Shown: positions 1-12,359 of the stretch, piece by piece | Numbering within the stretch: the stretch's first letter is position 1 | How the letters are laid out: each line of letters starts with the position of its first letter | NCBI GenBank assembly: GCA_011109175.1 | Contig: RDEW01000023.1 | Location: 221,225-285,224, forward strand | Source: Dicyema japonicum | Lineage: Eukaryota; Animalia; Dicyemida | Direction: 5' to 3' | DNA: 64,000 nt | Made by a program: the position numbers and the translations under genes | Notes under the pieces: model-generated | The model's database searches: none | The model's input: only the letters and a program-made list of their open reading frames with translations | What the model was told of the DNA's origin: nothing

Positions 1-849
1 TCAAATATGTCTTTTATCCGTAAATTAGTGTTGTGATTCAATGTTTAAGTTCAAAATGTAAAGATTACGAAATTTATTAAGGACGGCGTGAATAAGAAAA
101 CCCACTAACGGAATCGACATGTTGAAGGACTTCAACTCTTTCGAGTTCGCTATTGACTAAGAAGATTCTTAGGTCGAATATACAAATATAAAACTATGGC
201 TGGAGAATTTTTTAGAACAGACGGAAGAGTTTTAATAAAATAAATCAAGGTCGTATTTACTTTTTTCACAAGGGCCTACGAAAATCCCCTCTGTTTACAA
301 TTCTACACTATATACCGACAATTGAGGACTATAATACTATTTTTCTATTTTTTGGGAACAATTTTATTATATCCGCTGGGCATAGTTTTTCCTCAGTGGC
401 TGCTGTGGTGATCAAGTTACACCTTAGTAGGTGTACGACCGCCTATTCGCCAACATGTTATCTGAATCAAATCCAAATCCCAGTTCACCCTTATACTACA
501 GACTGGAGGTATAGAAGTGAATCTGAATTATTCATGAGATACTCGATAGAACAAATTGTTTGTATAGATACTCTAACGATGAGCGGGAAGATATTGGGGA
601 GTTCGAGAAGTCTTGAGAATTCTAATTTTCTTTAGGATCCTCGCGGTTACCAGGTCCACTTGATGATTGAATGAAAAGAGAGTATTCAAGATGATTCTGA
701 GTAAAAAGGTTTTATATGGCTTGACGGCGAACGAGGTGGAATTTGGAAGAAAAAAGCTAAACTTTCCCTATCCTTATGTGATGCACCAACAAGGAATGCC
801 TATGACGATAGGTGGAGATATCGATCCAAACCTCGTACTAGCAAGTATT

Positions 850-2095
850 TTTTAACATAGTATAAATGGAATCAAAAATAATATAACTTGAACTAGGAAC
901 TTATTCGGAAAAACATCGCATCGACATGTTGTTTATTCAAGAATCCAAACTTCCCCAGAATGAAACATCAAAATTCCTGGGCTTCATAGTAATTCGTCGT
1001 GACAGACGTAGGTAACTTGGAGGCCTTCTTACTGTAATTCGTTACGGAATTTCGTACGAACATATAACTAACCATGTACACACTATGTTCTATGACTGTG
1101 GAAATCTCTTATTTGTGGGAACCAAAGTACGATTCCCTCGACTATCAATAACATTGATCAACGCATATGTTCCGCCTTTAAGTTCATGCTCCTCCTGTGC
1201 TCTCAGATTCTTTCACCTCGCTGAAGGATGGCATTGATTATCTGTGGTGTCTTCAATACGAAGAATCTATTGTGGCTGTCAGGATAAGCCCATGACAAAA
1301 GGAGAAGATGTTAATTGAGGATCTTCATAGTCTCTGCATACTAAACGATCCGGCTTTCCATACAAGAACACCTACTCGACGTAACGATAAACCCTCATCC
1401 ATTGACATCTCACTGTCATTTACCTTATCCTCGGCCCCTCTTATTGACTGGTCGTTGAAATATGACACCAAGAAAAACCAAAATCAAATATTTTTGAAAG
1501 TCAAAATGATATCACGGATGAAAGGACAGTATCCGACTATAATTAATTACAGCTTTGCTAACTGGAAGATTCAAAGAGTACATCAGTACTTGCATAGAAC
1601 TCTTGAATTTCCCCACTCCTCATTCCGTTGAACAATTAGTGAAATGGTTCAACCTTCCATTAAAAGCTGTGAGAAGGAAATATATTCCAATGGGTATGCA
1701 ACATTGTTTTGGAAAAAGTACACGATTCAATCTCGATACCTTCCTCCCGCATGGATTCTGATGTAAGCACTCTACCACAACCTACCTCACAACCCTCACA
1801 CAATTCATTGCGGAAGGATATATCTCCCCCAAACCCCATCAAAGGACAGTACTTATATTAGTGGAAATTACAAAAGCGTTTTACTCAGTCCCCTGTAAAC
1901 TCCTTACAAAGAAAATATTCGAAACGAACATCCTCTCGAACTTGAAGCTTTGGCTTTGAAACTTCCTAAATGGAAGATTAGCACAAGTACTCTGCAACAA
2001 CATCAAATCAAGATCTCGCTACCTTCCTAATGGAGTCCCACTAGGCTGCTCATTGTCACCGATACTCTTCAATCTCTAAATAAACGACATGCTAT
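850..2095 (+). mobile_element. Degenerate I/Jockey-type LINE remnant (APE endonuclease + RT fragments)
   Basis: APE-like IQESKL...RRDR..GG.L near 935-1030 and ILND...TR...SSIDISL in ORF 1308. RT-like KAFYSV...GVPLGCSLSPILFNL near 1875-2075. Many stops and frameshifts. Confidence 0.75.
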
Positions 2096-2491
2096 AAAAC
2101 TTACTTACGTGAATCATCTTGAATGGTTTACTTACGTGAATCATCTTGAATGTCTAGTTATCAATCCTCTCCATATGTTTTTCCTCTAAAGTCTAGGTTC
2201 CACTGGCCAATGCCACCTTCCGATGTCGTTGGGTTCACGTAAGTAAACCTCTTTGAACATTTGCTTTACATATCCACCATAGCTCGCACTATGTAAGGAA
2301 GCATCACATTTGATGCTTTTATCATTTATGACGGTTTTGCGAAAATACTTTTATATTGTTGGATACGCTACATCCAAGGCATCTTTTTAGCTTCTTCTGA
2401 AACTAGATATATTATCAAGATATTGTTGATTGTAGCATGTCAGTTGAATTTTCCTCTTTCTCTAGTAAAATAATAGGTTTATATATTCTCA

Positions 2492-4516
2492 AGATTATCT
2501 CGAAATTATGGATTATTTTAATAAACAAGAAAATACTAAATAATAAGGCCACTAATAATAATGTTAAACTAATTAATATTCGGTAACTCTATATTGTTTA
2601 TTATCTCTTTGCTTCACATCCTTCACTTTCCAAATAAAAATAAGGACAATTGACTAAAATTATTTAAATAATATAACTGTTAACACTGAAACTGATAAAA
2701 ATGACATTTTAATAGTATATGAATATGAATCTACATACTTCAGTACAACAGATGCACATGTCTAACAATATTTTACATAAATACTGAATTGAATGGTTTG
2801 CCTGTCTGACAATTCTGATTTTCGCAACAGGAAGGAGTAGTAACGTTGTATATATCAGATTCATTATAACCACAACATTTGTACTAAAATTATTAAATTA
2901 AACAACTGTTGATTGAAATTTGTCCAATTCGTAACTTAAATCTTCATTATTTACGAGTTCTTTCAATCCAATGAAAATATAGTCTGTCAATTTACGTTTG
3001 AAGGCAAGTAAATTAATTGTTATTGATAAACTTGCTACCAATAAAATCCCAAGCAAAATACAATACTACGATTTGAAAATAATATAACTATTATTCTTGT
3101 ACAATTATTATTTGTACGAATCCAACAGATTCCAACCCCTGATAAAATTAAGCAGAAGAAAGCAATGAAATAAAGCACGACTTGGAACAGTTGAATCACA
3201 ATACTTACGTTTTTAAGTTCATAGAATTCTTTTAAAAATACAAAATAATACGTAGTGGCAACCATAGACCCAATTCCAAATATCTTTATTTAATATTATT
3301 TAATACCAGAAAAATGGTTACTATTATACTACTTGTTAAATCTACTAAAAACACAGAATAAGCCATCTATTAATATTTTAATAATTATTTTATTTACTTT
3401 AGGTTAACCAAAATTAATTTTATAAAAACATATATTTTAACAATCAATTTCATCCATCTATTTATATAAAAAATAATCAAGAGAAATGATCAAGTATGCA
3501 CCAGGAGACAACCCTTATTACAAAGATTTTCGATAAAGTATTTGAGACGCATTCCCCCTTGAAACTTGGTGATGGAATTTTGATTCCTCTGCATAAACCA
3601 GGAAGGAGCATTTGACCGATAAAAATCTAAGACCTGTGATATTACTGGGAACATTGAGAAAGATACTATCTCTGATAACCATTAGTCGGATATCTTCTGA
3701 TGTTTATGAATTTTTGTCGCCAGGACACAGTTGAGAAAGGAACGCTCGACCGCAGATGCTGTTTGGTCCCACAGGTGGATATGTTCCATGTGTCAATGAT
3801 ACAGGAGTGATTTTAAGATTTTGGGAGTGGACATGTTCTGTGCGTTTGACACTGTCAACAGAAAAACATTGTTGGACGTTGCTGGGAGTTTTCTTGATGA
3901 GGATAACACAAGAATTGTCCGTTTCCTATTATCAAACACTGAATTAACTGTACGAATTAAAAACACAACATCGAAGCCTTTCGGGACAACAGTTGGAATA
4001 CCTCAAAGGGACTCTCTATCTCCGGTTCTATTCGTCGAGTACCTAAAAGCGACATTGAGAGCTCTTAGAACAATATGTGAAAGATGCATGCCGATGGAGA
4101 TTATATATGCAGAGGTTTTGTGTCAGAAAATGATCTGGAACTTGGACTTGCTTTAGAGAAAATCCCTGGAGAATTTAATAATTGGTCTCTTCGAGTTAAT
4201 CAGGAAAAGACTGAACACATAAGAATCACAAGGGAATTAAAATATATTGATGAAAATTGGAGGAAAAAAGGAAATTGGGATCCTTACTTGGTGATAGTGA
4301 GGACATGATGTTTAAAAGAGTTATAGCCACTGCCATGTATAAGAAAATGCAGAAGAGTCGACGAAAACTAATAAAAACAAATTTTAGAATAAGACTATAT
4401 AACTCATATATAAAGCCGGTGCTTATGTACAACTTGGGTACATGGGGGTCACAGAGCTAGAGCTCAAGAAAATGGATATATTTCATAATAAACAATTACG
4501 CAATGTAATGGGCCTA
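2492..4516. repeat. Segmental duplication, copy 1 (tetraspanin gene + 5'-truncated RTE); copy 2 at 41826-43853
   Basis: Direct match at offset 39334, starting AGATTATCTCGAAATTATGG. ORFs 3035-3265 and 42369-42599 are identical. Confidence 0.95.
2573..3366 (-). CDS. Tetraspanin, 6 exons
   Basis: Removing five GT-AG introns of 23,23,23,23,24 nt gives one ORF: MAYSVFLVDL...YKCCGYNESD..TPSCCENQNC..TCASVV...RVTEY*. It has four hydrophobic segments plus CCG and PxSCC-like motifs. Confidence 0.9.
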
Positions 4517-5048
4517 TTGGATTTGAACGGAAGGATGCCTGATGAATTATGGAATGATATGCAGTTGGTTACTGTTGATAATAATGGAATAATGGAACTA
4601 AAAATTGAGAATTAGAAAATAGAGAGTTGCGATAATGTTGTCTTTCTGGGATGTCTAATTAATCGGAATGGTGACGGAGGCTTGGAAATCAAGAGACGAA
4701 TTGCCATGGGACGAGACACCTTCCAGAGAATAAATGACTGATTGTGGACCAATAAGTCTGAACGTACGTGAAGTCTGCTAGCACCTTTTTGGACATATTC
4801 TACGGATGGGTGAGGAAACACCTGTCATGGAAGAAATTTTCGGTCATACTGAATTTTTTACATTCAGAGGACGTCCAAGAGGTTGTCTTCCAAAGACACT
4901 TGTGGAAGATCATGCTGTGATCGGGGACCGATTGGCAGATGATCTAGAGCAAGACATCGAAAGGGATGGAGAAATATAACGACAAGAATAGTTGAAAACA
5001 TGGCACAAGCGAAACCATAAACATTGTTCACTGTAATTAACTAACTAA
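3478..5048 (+). mobile_element. RTE-like LINE remnant, mosaic 3' part
   Basis: RT motifs AFDTVNR, GIPQRDSLSP and RIRLYNSYIKPVLMYN. 4517-4735 matches a second RTE family (near 28190 and 51950-52090). Ends in a (CTAA)n-like tail. Confidence 0.85.
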
Positions 5049-5058
5049 TTTCTAGTTA

Positions 5059-5281
5059 CAGGGTTTTGAAAAGTCCGTTTCATTAATCCGAGAAAATTTT
5101 CAAAAACAACATAAACCATATTTTTAAGAAAAAAAATATTTATGTGATCGATTCTCGTATTGATGTTAAAAATTTTCGGATTGATGTGACAGATTCTCGC
5201 CATAATGTTAAAGTTTTCTGATTGATGTAATGAATTCTCAAAGTGATGTTAAAGTGTTCTCACTTAGACTTGAAGACCCTA
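5059..5281. repeat. About 21-bp imperfect tandem repeat with weak inverted ends (possible MITE)
   Basis: About six units of TGATGT(T/G)A..(A/T)TT(C/T)TC at 5140-5265. The ends AGGGTTTTGAA and TTGAAGACCCT are imperfectly inverted. Confidence 0.45.
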
Positions 5282-5699
5282 TATTTATATAGGGTCCCAA
5301 AGTAATTCATCGTTGATGATTTATAAAACCAATCACTTACTTATTATTGATGATCACTGAAGTAGTAAAGGTGCATAAGTACGATTGTAGTTACTATTCC
5401 ATCCATGCTGTTCTGATTGCCATCGGAGTGATAGATATTGGGCTCATTTTGTTTAGTTTTCATACAAAGGTGTTGTCTAGTTAATTTTAAATTGTCTTTA
5501 CGTAAACATCTGTAGCGGCTTTCTGTAGAATTTTGTGTTTTTGGATTGATATTTACTATCCTTTACCTATCAAGGATAAGTAGAACTCTGCGCCCATGCT
5601 AGTCCAGATCAGTTCCGACTTCTTAATGTTAACCTCTTAGAAGAGGAGTTGTTGAAAACCATCCGTTTCCTTCTCACCCCAGATACCTGGAACGTCATT

Positions 5700-6790
5700 G
5701 AACTGATTTGCTAATTACACAAAGTGAATCTTTCTCAATAGTGCGCACCTCATATTTGTACTCCACCAACATGCTTTCCAACGTCTTCTTGAAGACAGCT
5801 GATTGAATTTATGTTCTAGTTGGTGCATTGATTGCGAAGGGTTCCAAGTAAGATTTATAAGCCTTAGAAACGAAGCCTTCCCACGTTAGAACAATAGGTA
5901 TGACTTTGAATGGAGCACCATAAAGTAGCTTGAGCTCTCCAGCCAATAAATCGTACTTATGAAACTTTTCTACTTCAGTGTGCTTCAATAATCCTTGATA
6001 AGTAATTCAAATAAGTACAATTTCATTCTTCACTTTATCGTGGACAAAAATATCAATTTTATTGAACCTGGCCTGAGTATCTGTCTTTATGGATGTGTCC
6101 ATTCGGATTTTACTTTTTGAGTATTGACTATGGAATTGATAGAATGAGACTTTAGTCTCTTTGCTTTCTTGATGCCGTACATTCTGCATAAGTGCAAATT
6201 TATGCATCTAACCACTTTATCGTATCTTGTAATGTAGTTTCTGTTAAGCATCCTATTGCAGCATCCTATTGCAGCATTTAGCCATATGATCCACCGACTT
6301 TATCGACTTTTTCAATGATTACATAGTTAATCTTTATCCCCAAAAAACAGATTCCTGTCTTAAAGAAGACAAGCCTCGGATCTCGTCTATTGTTTCCGCT
6401 CACTAAATACTCAGCGAATCCACCAACATCAATATTTTTATCTTCTCGACAATTATAAAGTTTTGTGGAGCGACTTTCTCCTGATACTACCCATCAGGAT
6501 CATTTGGGTGGGTCCATATTTAACGTTAAATAAAAACAAAATATCAGAGATACGACTATGAAGATTTTTTGTTCTTGTCTTTTTAAAGTATGACATTTTA
6601 TTTGATCTACTCTTTCGCATGTAGACTTTCCCTTTGGTTAATGTCATACTTTGAAGTTAGATATAATGGTACCTAAGTTGGTTTTTTTCTCAACAGACAA
6701 GATTACTATCTTCCTACGTTGATGTTTCAGATTCAAATTCCATCGGCTTATCATTTCTCATACCTCAACATTGGTTCATCCATTGAGATT
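5700..6790 (-). mobile_element. R4/Dong-like RLE retrotransposon, C-terminal remnant
   Basis: DTSIKTD...NKIDIFVHDK..EIVLI..KYDLLAGEL..IPIVLTWEG, a PD-(D/E)xK-like RLE region preceded by a Cys/His zinc motif. Confidence 0.75.
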
Positions 6791-6964
6791 CCAATTTGCA
6801 GTTGAGCTTAAATACGCTTAAAATACACTTTTACTTTCTTAAAATGAACTTCTTTTCCAATAAATGTACTTTTAAAATACTCAATGAAAAGTTTCTAATT
6901 TCAATTCATTATATAATATTATTTCTGTTTTGTTTTTGTTTTTTTTTTATTAACAAAATTTTTT

Positions 6965-7259
6965 TTACAATTAAACAAACGAAAGAGGAGGAAGTACCAG
7001 AGAATTTCGGAGGAGTATATATTTGTTTCCATTCGCGGTGGAAACGTCAGGAATCCTTGGCCCCCAAGCAGATGAGTTGGTTCGTAAGATCGGCTCCATG
7101 ATTCAAGCTGTGACCAAGGATCCGCGAGAAACTGGTTGGTTCCGAGAACGTATCTCGTTGGCTATTGTTAGGAGAAATAGCATGGCCATTCAGATGCCTT
7201 AATTTAATTTTTATTCATTTGATAATAAAATTTCTTTTTATTAAAAAAAAAAAAAAAAA
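6965..7259 (+). mobile_element. 3' fragment of CRE-like RLE retrotransposon with poly(A)
   Basis: RKYQ...AVETSGILGPQADELVRKIG RLE C-terminus, followed by a poly(A) run near 7243-7259. Confidence 0.7.
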
Positions 7260-7261
7260 TT

Positions 7262-9478
7262 AAACAAATGTTCAGTTGAGGAAGCCTGCTTGCGTAAATT
7301 GCGAACGAAGTTCCCTCGGAGTATTGCTATTCCGATCTTTTGTCTTAGCTATAACCCTTCTCGTTGATCTCTTTTCTTTCTGGCAAGCAATCCTCCGAGT
7401 TCTTGCAAGAATTCAGCCGTCATTGGACCAACGGCTCCCGATGATTCGATCGCAACAGGAGTAAATCGGTAGCGATCCCCGAGGCAAGAATATTTCTTGA
7501 TTTTTAGGTTTTCCGCGGTCGAAGCAGCTGCTCCAGGTGTCTGAACAGATTTAAAAATGTTTGGTGCTTGAGAAACGTGTCTATGCAAGTTGCGTCCCAG
7601 ACCAAAAGTTCTTCCAGACGTGAAGGGGAAAAGGGTCATCCCGTAGGTCTCTTCCCATCTCCTCGATCAAAGACCCACTGGTTCAAGCTGTGCTGGGAAG
7701 CCTGAAGTCTTCAGAGCTCTGATGATCACATCGTTCAAGAGCAGCATGACGTGGTCCCCTTCCGGCGCTTCTTCTGCAGGACGGTGGGTGATCCTTTCGC
7801 ATCGACTGTTTTCCCGCATCGGCATCGGTGCTCCTGGCAAACGTCTAGTCCCAAGCCTTTGTCCGATTCCAATCCTCAAAGAATCGTCGTCCAAATTGTA
7901 TGTTTCTTTGAACGATCCTCCAATTGTGGCATCATCGAGGTACCAGAGATTTAGCTGAGCATCAATTGATTTCACAACCTCATCAATGGTAAGGACAAAT
8001 AAGAGAGGTCCGAGCGGATCTCCTTGTTGGACACCCGTTTTTGATTTAATAATTTCATTTTCAAAAACCAAAGACGTATCTTCCCCATAGGATAGATTGA
8101 CAAGAGGGAAAAGCTTTGGAGCCCTCTTCCAACACGTTTTCATAATTTCATCTCTTCTGAGAGAATTGAAGGCATTCGTTATGTCCAACTTGATTCCAAT
8201 GCATTCATTTGAAATATTTTTCTGTGTGAAGAAACGCCTTGCTGCATGAACCGCAACCTCACATCCGTTCTGGATACTAACACCCATTTGTTTAGGAAAG
8301 AACTCCTCTCCGAGTTGTCGGCTCACCAGGATCGATGCTACTTTTGCTGCAAGTCTTCTAAAATAGTTCCCGACCGCAATGGGGTGGATTCCTCTGTTGG
8401 GTTTTTTGAAAGCAAGTAGCCTTGCGGAGAAGAGCAATTCTCTGGCATATTTTGGGATGTCGCCGTTAACCATTTTTCTGATTAGGTCCGTAATTGATTT
8501 GACAAGACAGCGTCCAGCTTCCGAGGTGTAAGTGGACGTAAGGTCCTTAATATGGCCAGGACGTAACCCTTCCAAGCCTCCACCGCTGCTAGCGCGAAGG
8601 AAGTTATTCCGTGGCGCACTTCGGATTAGGTAATGATGATCTCCTGGGTTCCTTCAGGATTCAAAAACTTTTCATAGTCAGTCGGTGCATCTGGATGTTT
8701 TAGTATTAAGGTATTTAGGACCTCGGGGGTACAAGACAATACTGTGTCATCGGACGTAATAACCCGTAAGGCTTCCCGCACGTCGCCCTCCAGAAGTTTC
8801 CGGTTTACTCTCTCCTTTAGTTTGTTGGGGGCATCTTTAATGAATGCTCCTCTGGTTTCGACCTCATTGACATTAAGTGGATGTTCAAGTATTGCGTGTA
8901 TGTTATGACAGCTAAAATTCATTATGTTTCGTTTCAGTTTCCCGGATAAGTTGAGTCGGGAGTTTGTTTCTTTATTATTGTCCTCAGATTCCTTTGTAGG
9001 TATTCCGAGTGCGACAGGTGCAAAGCATATAAGTTTTAGCCAGGATTCCCAACTGTCAGAGGATAGTGCGTGATCAATGGCATCTGAAAGACACGTTGCT
9101 GCGGCAATTCGTACTCCTTTAGGGATTTTTACTGGGATCTTCATGGCTTTCCTGAGGTTCGAGATCTTCAAGAGAGTATGGTCTGTATGTGGAAGTGTAA
9201 AGTTTGGCTGAGTTATTTTTTTCCGCCTGAGGACTTCCATTCCAATACAAGAGGGGCACAGCCAACTCGACAGCGTCTCGGCGCAAGCTTCACTCAGTTT
9301 TATGCAGCCCAGATGGACGAATGAATCACATTGTGTGCAGTTAATCCCATATTTCCTGATGTTCGATTGTCCACATAAAAAACATACCTGATTTGTCCGT
9401 ACTGGATTTGTTCCTCGTACTTTGTCTTTTTTTCGTTCTTTAATTTCCATGAGATTTTTGTTGATCACACCACACCAC
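7262..9478 (-). mobile_element. CRE-like non-LTR retrotransposon: N-terminal PHD finger, RT and RLE; internally deleted and frameshifted
   Basis: C4HC3 PHD finger at 9247-9384. RT motifs KLDITNAFNS, GVQQGDPLGP and WYLDD. RLE motif KIKKY..FTPVAIESSG. Confidence 0.88.
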
Positions 9479-9521
9479 TTAATAAAATTTTGTTAACAAA
9501 AAAAAAATAAATAAAAGAACT

Positions 9522-10556
9522 TTTTATTCTTGATGGGGGCAAAAACATAAATTTAGAAAATTTCTTATTACACTTCTGAATTTGAGATCATTTTTATATT
9601 TTAAAGAAAATTCAAGTTCTTGGACTTTTTTCCAAACTGCTTGTCCAAAATGAAACGTACAGCCATTTATGAAACCCGAATCAAATTGATGATAATTGAA
9701 TGTAGTCGATTGGAACTGAACGAAATATTCCATCAATTATTAATGTTTCAGATTAAGTAATTGACGCATGATTTCGGATTGAAAAATAATAAAATGATCT
9801 TGCTCATTTGTATTGGAATCATAAATGAGAAAATCTTTATATCGAAAATTTTTTTAAGATATCGGGAATATCATGATTTTTAAGAACAAAATATTCCAAC
9901 GATGAATTTCTAGTTTTGATTATTTTGTTGCGTAAAGATTTATATTGAAGAATGATGATGCTTCTTCATCTGTAATGTTGCTTGTAATTTGTGATGTTAT
10001 TTCTCTAGAGTTATCTCTTGATCTTTGTGCTCTTTCATTAATGTCATTCATTAATTTTCAATTTTGTTATATCTTCTGTATCGGTTGAATCATTGTGATT
10101 TTTTTCCTGTTTCACTAAGATCCAGTTGATGATATTAAAAAAATGCTGACATTTCAAAATACGTTTTCTACAACGCCATCTGGTATTTTCTCCAACAATT
10201 TTGTCTTTATTATAGAGAAAATTTTCGTGAACTAAAATCTCTCCATCTCGCTAACTTTTAATAAATTTAAGGAAATTCATTTTAATCATTAACGATATTT
10301 TGACTTTTATTTGAAAATTTATTCTTATCATAAATGTTAATTGTGGCGAGTTGAAGCTATTTTGACAGCCACGAGTAAAGACAAACTGGTCGCTGTCAAA
10401 AGAGCATCAACTCGCCACAATTAAAATGATATTAAACAAGCCATTAATATGAAGAATACGTGACATTTCCATATATAATTAATTTGCGACGAGTTGATGC
10501 CAGTTAGATTATGGCAAATAGCATCAACTCGTCACTCGGAGAGTTGAATGCCTAGC
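9522..10556 (-). mobile_element. MULE (Mutator) transposase remnant with FLYWCH-like N-terminus and structured terminal region
   Basis: ENFLYNKDK..TRWRCRKR (FLYWCH-like) and INGCTFHFGQAVWKKVQ (CxFH motif). Inverted repeats at 10337-10533. Confidence 0.8.
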
Positions 10557-10640
10557 CGTCAAATTCATTTCTTCCGCGGGCCAGACTATTAATTTTTTTA
10601 TTTAACAGGATATTAGATTCATACTATGATTTTTATAATA

Positions 10641-12232
10641 CAGTAAACCCTCATTAATCCGAACTTCAATAAACCGAAACTTCATAATCCGCAATCCGAA
10701 AGACATTTATTAAAAATTTCGGATTAATTTATTATTAATTATGCCATTCAAATAAATTTACATTTGAATTTAAATCTAACAGTATCTCGGTTAGAATAAG
10801 TAATATTTGTGAAATAAAAATACATCAATTATGTAGAGAATTATCCCATATCTGTGAAATAAAAATGAACCCTTATTTAAGAATTTCTACACTTTCAGAT
10901 ATTCTAAAAAACCGTGAATGTTTGGAAAATTGTGAAGTTACAAATAGCAAGTGGTAAACATCATCAACGCGATAATTCACTTTGTTGAATGGATGATATT
11001 AATGGTTTCACTACTGAAGATGTCATCGTTTCATAAACTAAAGTATTTGATGAAAAGCTTGGAACTAATGATTTTGAAGTTAGTAATGGCTACACAAATT
11101 TTAAAGGAAGATTTAATCTTAAACTAACAGCTTACTTAACACAAGATGAAATTATTTTGAATAAACAAATATGATTAGCTAAAAGAAGTGACCCTGACGT
11201 ATTGGTAAAAATGGATGAAAACTAGACTCTTATTTCAATCTTCCTCTACGAATCGTTACACGAACAGGAGATCTCCGTGAGCGCTGCTGGTTATTTGAGC
11301 GAATTTCGCTCGCTATCCTGAAGAAGGAATAGCCACGCAGTCAGGGAAGCCGCTATATAACCGTTTACTCTTTTTTTCTTTCTTTAATGAAAGTTTATTA
11401 TCTTACCCTTTTAAAACAATTTCATCTAAAGGTAGAAAATTACATAAAAGCAATCAAAAGTGAGGATCACTATAGCTCTTTGTGCTAACGAAACTGGAAC
11501 AATAAAATTAATCCTTTTTATTGGCCATAATAAAATACCAAGATTTTGACTTTGAAAATTATAATTATGTAAATAAAAGGGTTTGAATGACAACAGAATT
11601 TTTTAATGTTTTCATCAGTCATCATAGTTATGAATTAAAATTTTACAGAAAAGTTCTTTTTACTGATTGATAATAATACTCCACGTTTTAACGAATTTTT
11701 TTGAAAATTGAAATTTTATTTTTTCCAATAAACACAACTGCACATCTTCAACCATGGCTGCTGGCATAATCAAAAACTTTAAACATTATTATAGAAAAAG
11801 ACTTATTTTATAATATCTACCCTTGATTGGGATAAAGATTTTTTTGTGAATTTACGGAAAGCATCATTATGATATCTCATTCATGAAGTAAAAGACCATA
11901 AAAAATTGTTTTAAAAAAATTGAGGCAATTAAATGTCTTGATTAATTTTCTAATGAAAATATAATGCAAGATCCTGTTTTGAATGAGCACCGAAAAGAAC
12001 TGGAAAAACTTGCTATGAATAAGAAATAACTCAAACAGAAGTGCTCGACAAGAACGAAATCGTCATTCTTTGGAAAAATTATAATGTCGACGAGGAAATT
12101 ATTGATGCTAAAATGGAGAGATTATTATATATGAAAACATAATATTAACTACAATGAATTTAATATATTTATACCTTTCACAATCCGAAAGGCATCCAAA
12201 TTTTTTTAGTTAGGATTAATGAGGGTTTACTG
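10641..12232 (+). mobile_element. Tigger/pogo DNA transposon with both ends present and a degenerate transposase
   Basis: Perfect 20-bp TIRs CAGTAAACCCTCATTAATCC / GGATTAATGAGGGTTTACTG flanked by TA. DDE_1-like remnants MDET.L, RITIALCANETG and NTTAHLQP. Confidence 0.92.
11255..11362 (+). mobile_element. Short CRE-like 3' fragment nested in the Tigger element
   Basis: Matches the 3' end of the element near 63315-63410 (GGAGATCTCCGTGA..TTTGAGCGAATTTCGCTCGC). Confidence 0.75.
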
Positions 12233-12359
12233 TATTTTGGAAGTTTTTAATAATTTAAAAACATTTAACAACACATTTTTAATTTTTATAAATATGTTCC
12301 TGAGCCTTGATATCTGTTTTTCTTCATAGTAGCGTAAATGTCTGGTGTAAAATTCCGAG

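Noticed and set aside
2101-2152. Short direct repeats (also 6249-6275, 47417-47452, 62441-62512) as CRISPR-like arrays
   Set aside because: Each has only two copies with no spacer series, in a eukaryotic context. These are simple local duplications.
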